Origin: Schizochytrium sp. TIO01
Taxonomy: Eukaryota; Protista; Bigyra: Labyrinthulomycetes
Reading direction: 5' to 3'
Length of the DNA stretch: 64,000 bases
Assembly (NCBI GenBank): GCA_004764695.1
Contig: SMSO01000032.1
Coordinates: 4,372,483-4,436,482 of the forward strand
The notes beneath the pieces are model-generated. The model did no database searches and had not been told where the DNA came from. It was given only the letters and a program-made list of their open reading frames with translations. Both the position numbers and the translations under genes were made by a program. Positions 1 to 10,380 of this stretch are shown here, in pieces (the first letter of the stretch is position 1; every line of letters starts with the position of its first letter).

Positions 1-900
1 ATTACATCGAATGAATCTAGCGCAAGTGCAGTATCTGAACCTCTTCTAGCAGAGCTGAAGATTAACGTAAATAAACCGCAGGCCCACGGGATGACGCCCT
101 TGATGCTTGCTGCACAAAAAGGAACGCCTGAGGCTATTAAAATTCTGATCAAACACGGCGCAGATCTCGAGATTAAGGATTCTATGGGTGGCCGGACCGC
201 ACTAATGTGGGCTGTGTCTAGCAACAAACTTGACGCAGCGCGAACTTTGGTTGAAGCTGGCGCCGATATTGAATGCGTAGCTAACGATGGTTCTAATCCT
301 CTGCTGTCTTGTGCTCGAGGTGGTTTTACTTCCATCGCACGATTTTTGATTCACGAAGGTGCAAAACTTGATGTTCGCGATAGTTGTGGATTCACTCCTC
401 TCATGTTTGCTGCGTCATTTGGCAAAACAGAGATTGTTATTCTTTTGGCTCAGAAAATGCCGAGCTTACTTGATGCTAAAGATCGACGTGGCTGTACTCC
501 TCTCATTCTTGCTGCTCGCTCAGGTCGTTGCGACACTGCTTTGGCACTGGCCGAAGTTGGCTGCAATGTTGCAAGCACCTGCGAGCACGGAAATAATGCA
601 CTTCATCATGCAGCACGAAATGGCCACACAACAACTCTACGCGCTCTTTTGTCCTCATCATCTGCAAGCAAGTCTAGAAATGAACTTATTCATGCTCGTT
701 CTAAGCTTGGCTATACCCCGTTGCTAGCCGCCGCGGAAGCCGGTCGCACCGAATGTGTCTCTGTTCTTCTTGAGCATGGTGCTCGCGTGCAGGATAAGAA
801 TGACCATGGTCTTGACGCTGTTCAACTTGCTCGTCTCGAAGGTCATAATGAGACTGCAAGAGTTCTTTTGCGCGGTGCAATGCTTCCTGCTCATTCTTGA
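1..900 (+). CDS. Ankyrin-repeat protein (5' end outside window)
   Basis: Frame is open from base 1 (ITSNESSASAVSEPLLAELKINVNKPQAHG) into ORF 91..900. About 8 ankyrin repeats with G-x-TPL/TAL-xxAA cores (GMTPLMLAAQKG, GRTALMWAV, GFTPLMFAASFG, GCTPLILAARSG, GNNALHHAARNG, GYTPLLAAAEAG). Confidence 0.9.
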   Translation: MTSNESSASAVSEPLLAELKINVNKPQAHGMTPLMLAAQKGTPEAIKILIKHGADLEIKDSMGGRTALMWAVSSNKLDAARTLVEAGADIECVANDGSNPLLSCARGGFTSIARFLIHEGAKLDVRDSCGFTPLMFAASFGKTEIVILLAQKMPSLLDAKDRRGCTPLILAARSGRCDTALALAEVGCNVASTCEHGNNALHHAARNGHTTTLRALLSSSSASKSRNELIHARSKLGYTPLLAAAEAGRTECVSVLLEHGARVQDKNDHGLDAVQLARLEGHNETARVLLRGAMLPAHS

Positions 901-1349
901 ACTTTTAAATGTCCATAGCATTGTACTTGTACTATTATACCAATCCCCTATCATCGCGTGTTTCTTCGCATGTTCTATCACCGCTGTCTTCCGTACTATA
1001 TTCGTTATTTCATGTGTACCAATACTTACGCAATAGCTCGTCTTTTTGCGATAGACCTGGAACAGCAACTTCATATTAGCTTTGCTATTACTTCTGCCGT
1101 GACATATTATCCTACAGGTCGTTGTGACCATCTTTGCTCCTCTTCTTATATCAGGTACTCCTTTCTCCATAACTTGGTCACCAACGAATTTTGTCTCTAT
1201 TCCCTCTGTTATTTCCCCTGCATCCAACCGTGCTAGTCTTTAGAATGAATTCTCCCTTACTGTAGAAACTCTTCACTTCTCCAGCTTATTTCTTTGTTTC
1301 AAGTACGGAGCCAACACACGCAACTTTTAGGCGGGATAACTTCCTTAAG

Positions 1350-1380
1350 ACTCTGTCAACTCTGTCAACTCTGTCAACTC
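1350..1380. repeat. Short tandem repeat (ACTCTGTCA)x3
   Basis: Three perfect 9-bp units read directly in intergenic DNA. Confidence 0.85.
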
Positions 1381-2151
1381 TCTGAACCGTGATGCAACCT
1401 CAGTTTTGAACTCCTATATTTATTCCTGAGCTAATTCACGACAACTGTGTTATCTTTGTCTTAAAGTGTTCAGGATGTTCACTCTAATTTTAATCTTCCC
1501 GGCTCTCCAAACTATCTTAAACATGCACTAACCAAGTGCGTTCAGAAGGATTGATAAATGATAGAGAACCCATCTGTCTTCTATACGAGCATCGCTTGAA
1601 ACACAATCCTAAGCTCTTGCTTGCACTAGTTTAATGCTACGTAAGTCCGTGACAATAAAACAGGATTCGATCAGGCATAGCTAGCTCTTTAAACTTTTTG
1701 CACTCCAAGTCTGCACAAACTATTTGCTCACAGCAGCCGGCATCTTTTCAACTTCTTCCTTCTGTAGATGTCTTTACCATTGGTAATACTATGCAAACAT
1801 TGACATCACCATCTTTCATGTCACCACAAACAAGAGTACAACACAGCAACAAGAGAGAGAAACAAGGCCAGAAAAGACAGCAAAAAACTAGGACTCGGAA
1901 TCCACGATTCACGTGCGTCTTTCAGCATAATAGGAGTTGGTAGGGATATCATAGATCGACTGAGAGTCGAAAACTTTTTAAGGAATAAAGAATTTTTTTT
2001 TTCTGGTTCTGTACGTCGTGGCTAAGTAATGTCCAACAATAAGGATCCTCTTTCGCCAGCATGGGGGAGATCGCAACCAACCCCAAAGCAAAACGGAATC
2101 GAAGCAAAGGCCCAAGGAGTAGCCCTCATTAGCAGAGAGCACCTGAGCATC

Positions 2152-3352
2152 ATGAGATTGATTATTGAGGAGGACCCTAACGGCGTTGCCACATGGGTTG
2201 CAGAGTATGTCTTGAAGCGCATCAACGACTTTGCCCCTTCCGCTGAGCGGCCCTTTGTCCTGGGTAAGTGTATCTGAAGTACTCAGAACATAAAGTTGGC
2301 GTTTGCACATGGCCTGATAGCAGTGAAAGCATCACTTTAGCGAGAAAATACGCCGTGTCATGGTCTTTGCCAGACAATTTGGTGCTGTGATAGTCTTGCA
2401 GTTCATTCACTTTGCTAAAATCATCTAGCATGTGTTTTATCATCAACCGGCAAATTACTTTGATTCTGTATATACAGGACAGCTTCTAACAGTGCATGAC
2501 ATTGGTTTGTTCTCTCCAACCCACAGGTCTGCCAACCGGCTCGTCGCCTTTAGGCACATACAAAAAGCTTGTGGAATTCCACCAGGCAGGCCGCGTTTCT
2601 TTCGAGCATGTCGTTACGTTTAACATGGATGAATATGTCGGCCTCCCAGAAACGCACCCGGAGAGCTATCATTCATTTATGTGGAACAATCTGTTTAACA
2701 AGATTGACATCAAGTAAGTTTTTTTCTCTAAATAATCAACTGCTCGCGAGTGTTAAACGCACACTCAGCTTACGCTTATGGAAAACTAACATAATCCACT
2801 ATGGATGCAAAACGTCCAACCTTTAAATTCGGAAGGCGTGAGAACGTCAACATCCTCAACGGCAATGCAACTGATCTCGAAAAGGAGTGCCAAGACTACG
2901 AAACTAAAATATCTCAATACGGCGGTATTGAGCTCTTCCTGGGCGGAATTGGACCTGATGGCCACATTGCATTCAACGAACCGGGAAGCTCTCTTGCCTC
3001 CAAGACACGGATCAAAACACTAGCATACGATACAATTGTGGCCAACTCTCGCTTTTTTAATGGTGACCTCAGCAAAGTGCCTCGCATGGCTCTTACAGTC
3101 GGTGTTGGTACTGTAATGGCAGCCCGAGAGGTGCTCATTATCATTTTGGGTATTTCCAAGTCCATTGCTCTTGCCAAGTGCATTGAGGAAGGTGTAAGTC
3201 ACATGTGGACTGTGAGTGCTATTCAGCAACACCCACACGCATGCATCGTGTGTGATGAAGATGCCACTATGGAGCTCCGTGTCAAAACGGTCAAGTACTT
3301 CAAGGGCCTCCAGCAAACCAACAAAGAACTTAACCAAAATTTCACGCCCTGA
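2152..3352 (+). CDS. GNPDA: Glucosamine-6-phosphate deaminase (NagB/GNPDA), 3 exons
   Basis: Exons 2152-2263, 2527-2713 and 2836-3352; introns 2264-2526 and 2714-2835 are GTAAGT...AG with CTAAC branch sites. The spliced protein contains [51 protein letters not shown] and ALTVGVGT, all NagB/GNPDA hallmarks. Confidence 0.96.
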
Positions 3353-4279
3353 TTAAACTACGCAAAAACAATGCTAAAGTTGCTTTCTTAGACAGGCAAT
3401 CACTCCTTTAGATCCTAAGAAGGATCGACTCTAAATAGTTAAGGTTATAATAACCTAAATGCAAGTCTCTTTCTATATTTTAATTTTGCTTGTAATGCTT
3501 AGAACGTGCTTTCGCCCACGTCATTTTGCGGAATCCTGCATAAGCTCTAGACAGGTGCATTCTGTAGACATTACAATAACCATCATATGTAAAGCGGTAA
3601 TTGATTACATTACCTCATTTCACAGCAACTCCTCAGACTTTGCACTTGAAGAGGATAACCAGCACAAATGCGTTTGACATTGAATCAGTTTCGATTTTCT
3701 ACATCAGCAGAACTCAGATCTTAGAGCTTTCCATCTCACAACGCCCTGGGGATTGCCGCCTTAGATATCTGAAAGATCTCATCACCACGGTGCAATGTCT
3801 CTATTCTAATCTTTACTGCTAAATGAATCTACGTAGTATAGCTTGGATAGCCGAAATAGTCGGGCACGCAAGTCCCCAGGTTTCATGGACCTAGGAGTTT
3901 CTATTTTCAGCAGTCTTGCTGAGTAGGTGCGTAGTAGGTCCTATCTATCAATCTACCGGGAAATCAAGCCTATGGGCCTTCATAGGATCAACAATAAGAC
4001 CTTTTTCTCAGAAAGAGATTGAGTGAAAGAAATCTTTTCTTACCATAGCCCCTTTTTTATTTTAGGCCCTTTCTCTAACTTGGCTGGTCCCGGCAAGACG
4101 AGTGTCACTTGCGTGCTTGGGAGGCCACTCAGTCGCGAGAGAACTAGCAGACTTAATCTTGCTTTTTTGTGGCTAAAGACTCAGTCGAGGTGGCTGCATC
4201 GTGATCTACACTCATTCTTTCAAACCTGTGCACTCACCAAGGGCGCACAGAGCTGCAGCTACAGAAGTAGGGAGGCACA

Positions 4280-5150
4280 ATGACCACAAGCTCTCTCCCG
4301 ACAGAAATCCAGGGCGTGCTCGACCGCTTTGACCAAGCGCTGACTAGGATTGAGGAAAGGGTAAGTTGAAGGTGACAGACTCAAGTGCTTAGAAGCAATC
4401 TGATTTCGCATATACTCCTGTTGCGAACATGACTAACCAGTTCTTTACTTTTTCGCAAACTTCATTTCTTCTCTACGGTGGTAACCAACATTCTTTTATG
4501 ATCCCTCACTTGCATTTCATGCACTACCTTCTGGATCATGCTGGAACCTTTCTCAATGTGCTTTCTACACATAACTTCGTGCGTCTCAATTTACCTATGC
4601 ATTGAATAAATTCTGGGCTTTGGTTCCTCGTGCTTCTTCATGAAATTTCCTGCGTAATATGGATTGACTTGCTATCCCTTAGGTTCAACCTTTTGTGGAA
4701 AAGCCTCGCAAGGATGTTGCCCAGGATTTGAGCGCTACAGAAAATGCCAAGCTCAATCTTGTCTACGGCTACTCGCTTAACTCACTGTTCTACATGTATC
4801 TCAAAACGCAAGGCGTCTCTCCTAAGGAGCACCCTGTTCGGCGAGAACTGGACCGCGTGAAGCGCTACATGGGGAAAACTATGCAAATGGAAGAGCGCGC
4901 CAAGAAACAAAAGCAACGTGAAGAGGAGGCTGCTTTGGCTGACCAAAATGGTGACGGCAATGCCACTGAAGCCTCGTCAACGCCCAAGTCGAAGGAGGCT
5001 GATGCTCGCGGAAGCAAGCGCAAGACTCCTGAAGCAGCAGATCGTAATAACGTTACCAGTACCCCTAAATCAAAAACGCAAGGCAAACCCAACAACAATA
5101 AGAACAAAAGCAGCGCCAAGAAGAAACAGTCTGCCAAGAGAAAGAGGTAA
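4280..5150 (+). CDS. C1D: C1D/Rrp47 (Sas10/Utp3/C1D family) nuclear exosome cofactor, 2 exons
   Basis: Exon 1 is 4280-4360 (MTTSSLPTEIQGVLDRFDQALTRIEER), intron 4361-4682 is GTAAGT...TAG, and exon 2 (4683-5150) joins in frame. Motif AKLNLVYGYSLNSLFYMYLKTQGVSPKEHPVRRELDRVKRYM is typical of C1D. Lys-rich C-terminal tail. Confidence 0.88.
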
Positions 5151-5751
5151 TTGCTGTGCTCCTTTACTTTCCTCTTCTTTCTTTCTTCTCTTTTCGCATC
5201 TGGAGTTCATGGAAAAGCTTACCACACAACATTTTTTTCCATGCATGATGCACTATCGCTGCTCTTTGATATGGTGACTCAACTAGATTCGCCCCTTCGT
5301 CTTCACAAATTCCTGCTTCTGCCTCCAACGTCGTTCACATACAAAATATATCTTTCTTTTTTCTTTTTTATTCTTTTCCTATTTTCGACTTATAGTTTTC
5401 GGTAGAAGTACCTCGTACTTCGTTTGATAGCAACCATGGAAGCTAAAGGTTTGGGTTTGAGACTTTCATGAGAGCCACGGTCTCACAAGCCACCATATCC
5501 CGGGTTCATTTTTGAAAAACTCTTATGTTTTCAGAGATTTCCAATCCAGCAGTGTTGAGCGGTGCAAACAGACTTGCCTTAGCCTCTTAGTTCGCCTTCT
5601 CGATTAGATAAACTTCACCGCCATCTATATCAATGATGATTCTGAAGAGCCTCTTATGATGAGAACAAGAAATGAAGCGTGCACAGAGAAAGAAGAATAG
5701 AGAGTAGCATTACATCAGGCAAGAGTGCTGAGAAAATTGAAGACTCTACAT

Positions 5752-6540
5752 TTACAGCTCATCATGCATATCCTCAGTCTCTTCGCATCGCTTGATGAAT
5801 TCTGCCTTCTCCAAGCAGTTGTTACATGTCACACCACGGGTCGCGAGGATTTTCTTCAGGTCTTTGACGCGCATCGCCGTGTAGTCAGTCTTGCCCTTTT
5901 CAATCTTGATAGCTTCACGAACCTCGCACAGCTCCGGGGACTCGGCCTTCAGCTTCTTACAGACACGATCAGCGGGCATGTAGTTGCTCATCGGTTGAGA
6001 GATCTTCCGCTTGACTGGGGTCAAGTAGTAGCAAACCTTCTTTTCAGCTTGAGTCTTCACTTCGTTACAGACCTCATCGACAAGCTTCTCAATTGTCGAC
6101 TGAGCGTTAAATTTGACCTTATTTGCCGAGGCCTCCTTTCGCTTCAGGCCTACCTGCTTCTCCACCTCATCCAGGATACGAACACAGACTAAGGACCAAC
6201 AGAACGTGACAAGTTAGAGGACACAGCCATAGTGCATTGTTAAATATAAAGTTAGTTCTCCATCCACAACTTCAAGATCACTTGTTCATCCTACTTGGCC
6301 CTTCAGCCGTTATTGGGACCCCATCTTGGGCAGCCTCGTATCGCAGCGTTGCTCATTAACCAATGTTTGGTCAATCTGGGAGGACGAGCGTGAAGCACTC
6401 CCCGCGTCTACATATTACTTACTTTCGCAATCCTTTGGCCCGTCCTTTGCTGCCTCCACCGAAACGGCGAGCGATGCAAAGGCTGCTACAAGCATGAGCA
6501 CCCACGCCAACATGGCGCGTCGAGAAAATCCTGCCGACAT
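5752..6540 (-). CDS. MANF: MANF/CDNF (ARMET) family ER-lumenal protein, 2 exons
   Basis: Exon 1 is 6540-6423 (signal peptide MSAGFSRRAMLAWVLMLVAAFASLAVSVEA, then KDCE), intron 6422-6189 is GTAAGT...TAG, exon 2 is 6188-5752. The splice restores DCEICVRIL. Saposin-like cysteines (VC, KKVCYY, RVCKKLK, ELCEV), SAP-like MRVKDLKKIL, CxxC (CNNC) and C-terminal HDEL. Confidence 0.88.
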
Positions 6541-7048
6541 CTTCTTGTGTAGCGTAGCGTGCAAGGCGACCTAGACGACCAGCAAACCTCCGCAAGTGTT
6601 CCCAGCGCAAAACGAGGCCTAAGCTCTCTCTCACGCCAGCTCCGCAGCGCAGTGGAATCAGCCTGCAATTGCAGTATGCATGCATGCTCGCTTGCTTGCC
6701 TCGGAGTCGGTGCCCAACCGGTATTCGCTCCCAATAGGACTTCTTCTACCAGTACCTAAGCACTGCTACTGGCGATGCGTAGCAGCGTCCACGCCGTCAG
6801 CGCGGGCGCCAAAATACTACAAACTGCCTCTATCCCCCATATTAGCGTCTAATGCGGATGTAGCAGCCCAAGATAGCAACTCGCGTCTCGAGCTGTACTA
6901 GCGGATGGACTATCTGGACTCCTACGAGGTCTACCCGTTCTGGTATTTCCAGGCTGGCACTCGAGAGGCATCGATCGCATCAGTCACAGACTTGCGCGCA
7001 TTCTTGCAGTCTTGCCATGCATGCTCCAAATTGGCATGCATGCGCACG

Positions 7049-7145
7049 TGTATGTATGTACGTACGCATGTAGGCATGTGTATGTGTGTATGTGTGTATG
7101 TGTGTATGTATGCATGCATGTATGCATGTATGTATGGATGGATGT
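7049..7145. repeat. Compound (TATG/TG/TGCA) microsatellite
   Basis: Low-complexity alternating purine-pyrimidine tract between the divergent MANF and Hsp70-like genes. Confidence 0.8.
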
Positions 7146-7952
7146 GCGGGTCTGGAGATACACGAGGTGGAACTCGAGAAGATGCGGGTTCCAGGTCATG
7201 CTTAGGGGTTATAAATTGTCTCGAAATGAACACAATGAAATGACGAGTTGGACGAGTTGTTATTCGGTTGGGTCTGAGCGGATTATGATGGGTGCGTTGA
7301 GGAGCACTGCTCATGACTTCGAGGACGCACGTACTCACTCACTGATTCAATCACTCACTCAGTCGCACCTGCTGAAGCACGTTGAGGCGTTGGAGACCTT
7401 TGCGAACATTTCGCTCACATTTCGCTCACATTTCACATGTCGCGGTGCATGGGCGACGGTGCATCTTCTACGATGCATCGTCTTCGTGCAATTGCAATAA
7501 GTCACGAATGATATATCGAACAGACCTCCTCCTTCGTTCAGGAGAGCCACTCTTCAAGTGCGTGCGTGCACAGACATCGCTGCTTGCTTTGCCTTCAAGA
7601 TGTCATGCCGGAAGGCCCACCCACGCGAGTACTGCCTGTCAAGCACCCTCGCAAGGCCACCTAGCTAGAGCAGTAGCCAGAGGACGTGCGCGACACTCTT
7701 CTTGCTTGTCTGCTCCACGTTGGGCAGAGAGAGTCTCAGCGATATCGCTCACCTCTCCCGCATCTCATGGAAAGGAAGGACTTTCGAAGTTTCACTTGAA
7801 AGAAGGGAAGAAAGGGGGGTTCGCCGTCGAACAGCAGAGTATGGAAAGACGTGCTTTTGTAAACAACCAAAATAGTTTTATGTGCTGTCGAAGAGCGGCA
7901 GTCGGTACTGAGACACAGGTCCGAAAGGCTTACAGATCGAGGTGGGGCAGAT

Positions 7953-10227
7953 ATGGAGGCAGTTTGGAGTGAAAGCAAAGAGCCCGATAGCTCGACAATA
8001 AAACTTGGAAATGGCCAGGTTGCTGTAAGTTGCTGGTGTGAAGAGTCCGGATAACTTTCAAACGTGTGGACGATGGAGCTGCGCCATGCCGTCAGGCCAG
8101 GGTATGCTTGCTACTCATCCTTGTCAAACTAAGGTTGAAAGTCCCGCTGTTCTTATGTCAGTTGAGAACACACCCCTGCGTTTATTTATCAAGTGATCGG
8201 ATTAAACAGAAACTGCAAGGCGTTGGGAACATCGTGTAGAATTTGATCATTTTGTCGGTGAAGTGGTAGCTCTCAGCCCTTACCAGAAAGTTTTAAAACA
8301 AGGGTATAACTAACTCTCCATCTGCAATATCTACATACCTGCGGATTTGAACAACTCTACGATTTATTGTGCGACGGCAACAATATTCACAGGTAGGCAT
8401 CGATCTTGGTACCTCAAATTCATGCGTTTCCATCTGGCTCGAAGATCAAGGCAGAGCAAAAACTATTAAATGCAAAAAGACAGCGCTAAGAACAATCCCG
8501 TCAGTTGTTTGGCTTGATGAGAATGGCGTTATCAAGGCAGTTGGCCAAGATGCGTTAGATGCATGGGAGAGCGCCAAATCTACCACCGCGCCTGGTACAC
8601 TCCTGCGTGGTTGTAAGCGCTTTGTTGGCCGTCGATACGCCGATGTAGACCCTAAAGAAGTTGCAGCACTTCCATACACAGTGACACATTCAAGCACCGA
8701 CAAAGATCAAATATTGATTGGACCTGTTAAAAGCAAAGATTCGAGCTCCAGGTGGATGTCTTCAGGTCCTATTACTGTGAGCCCAGAGGAAGTTGCTGCT
8801 GCTATACTTGAATATCTTTGTGGAATTGCTCAAGACTATGTAGCAAAGGGTAACGCTAAGGTTTCCCATGCTGTGATTACCGTTCCTGCCTTTTTCAATG
8901 AGCGTCAGCGTGCTGCTACGAAACGAGCAGGGGAACTTGCAGGACTGAAGGTTCTTCGTATCCTCTCTGAACCAGTAAGTTTCATAAGAAAACACAAGAC
9001 TATCAGTCCAGTCAAGATTAATCTCCATATTACAGGGCGTTTTGATTGAAGAAGACCAAAGCATGAACTTGAAAAACTGACTTATTGCAATTATAGATGG
9101 CAGCTGCAATGTCTTATGGTCTCTTTGTAGCTGGTTCCAAAGTAGTACTCGTTGTTGATATGGGCGGCGGTACATTGGATGTGTCGCTACTGCGAATTTC
9201 GAATGGAAAATTTGAGGCAATAGCAATTCGAGGAGACAATCACTTAGGAGGTGATGATGTTGACCAGCTACTGATGACTTATGTCTGTGAAAAGTCTGGA
9301 GTTTCATTGATAGACTTGAATCCTACCGATAAACTCAAGCTCCGTTCGGACTGCGAACAAGCCAAGTGCAATCTATCTAACAATGACCATGCGTGGATTA
9401 CCAATGATATAGAAACGACCCGAGACAAATTTGAAGAGCTCACTGCCCCCCTTGCCGTCCGTCTCTCTAAGGTACTTGTTGACATTATGGAAGACGCAGA
9501 ACAGGCCAAAGTTACTGTAGATGAAGTTGTGCTAGTGGGTTTGTCAACACAAATGCCATGGGTTCGCCGCATCGTGAAGAAAGAAACTGGGATTGAAGAG
9601 CTTTGTGTGAGCGTGAAAGCCGACCGTGCAGTATCCCAAGGTGCTGCAATTCAAGCAGCCATCCTCTCGGGGGCAGACTCTTACCGCCTATCAAAGGTTT
9701 TGATGATTGATGCATTGCCGTACACTATTGGTGTCGAGTCTGGCTCAGGAAAGTTCATCCCTGTTCTTAATCGTAACGCCAAAATCCCGTGCGTAGAACT
9801 GCGAACATTTACAACGCATAGTGACTTTCAACGTGGAATCACATTAGACATCTTCGAAGGCGAGGAACCTGTAGCTCGAGATAACCGTTGGGTTGGCTGC
9901 CAAAATTTCCCAGTCACGGGTGGCAGCAAGTTTCGAGCTGGAGAGCTATCTCTTGATGTGACATTCGAGGTCACGATGGATGGCACGCTTGTTATTGATG
10001 CTACAACTAGGGCGCCAGGTAAAGAGTCAGGGCAAGGCAAGAAAAACAGAAACAATAAAGCCGACGCTACTATAGCTTCTGAACCGCACCAGCACAATTT
10101 AGCCGAAAGTGAAGAGGATGAAGAGCTCGGCCCAGATACATTAATGCTAGGTGCGGTGCTCAGCTTACTTGTGGCTCTATTCATTGCTTTGAAAATTTAC
10201 TTTCCTCCCCCGGTCTCTACAAGCTAG
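7953..10227 (+). CDS. Atypical Hsp70-family protein, lid-less, with C-terminal transmembrane segment; 3 exons, ~594 aa
   Basis: Exons 7953-8024, 8393-8974 and 9097-10227; introns 8025-8392 and 8975-9096 are GTAAGT...AG, phase 0. Motifs [57 protein letters not shown], linker VLMIDALP and SBD-beta IFEGE. Hydrophobic [21 protein letters not shown] at the C-terminus. The exon 1 choice is inferred from phase and donor fit. Confidence 0.88.
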
Positions 10228-10380
10228 TATTGCACCAGTCAACTTCGCACGCACAAGCTTTCGCTCTGCATAGATTACATAAAATATTCGTTGCAACCAA
10301 TCAAAGATCATGTTCAATAGTTGTTACCACCTGGATCAGTTTTGAAAATGTATGAAGTAAATTTAATGGTAGCTTAGCAC

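Noticed and set aside
724-1227. 167-aa minus-strand ORF overlapping the ankyrin 3' end
   Set aside because: No recognisable motif; it overlaps a real CDS and a pyrimidine-rich 3' flank.
6905-7972. Several ORFs of 70-196 aa between MANF and Hsp70
   Set aside because: They derive from microsatellite and promoter sequence (MYVCMYAC-type translations).
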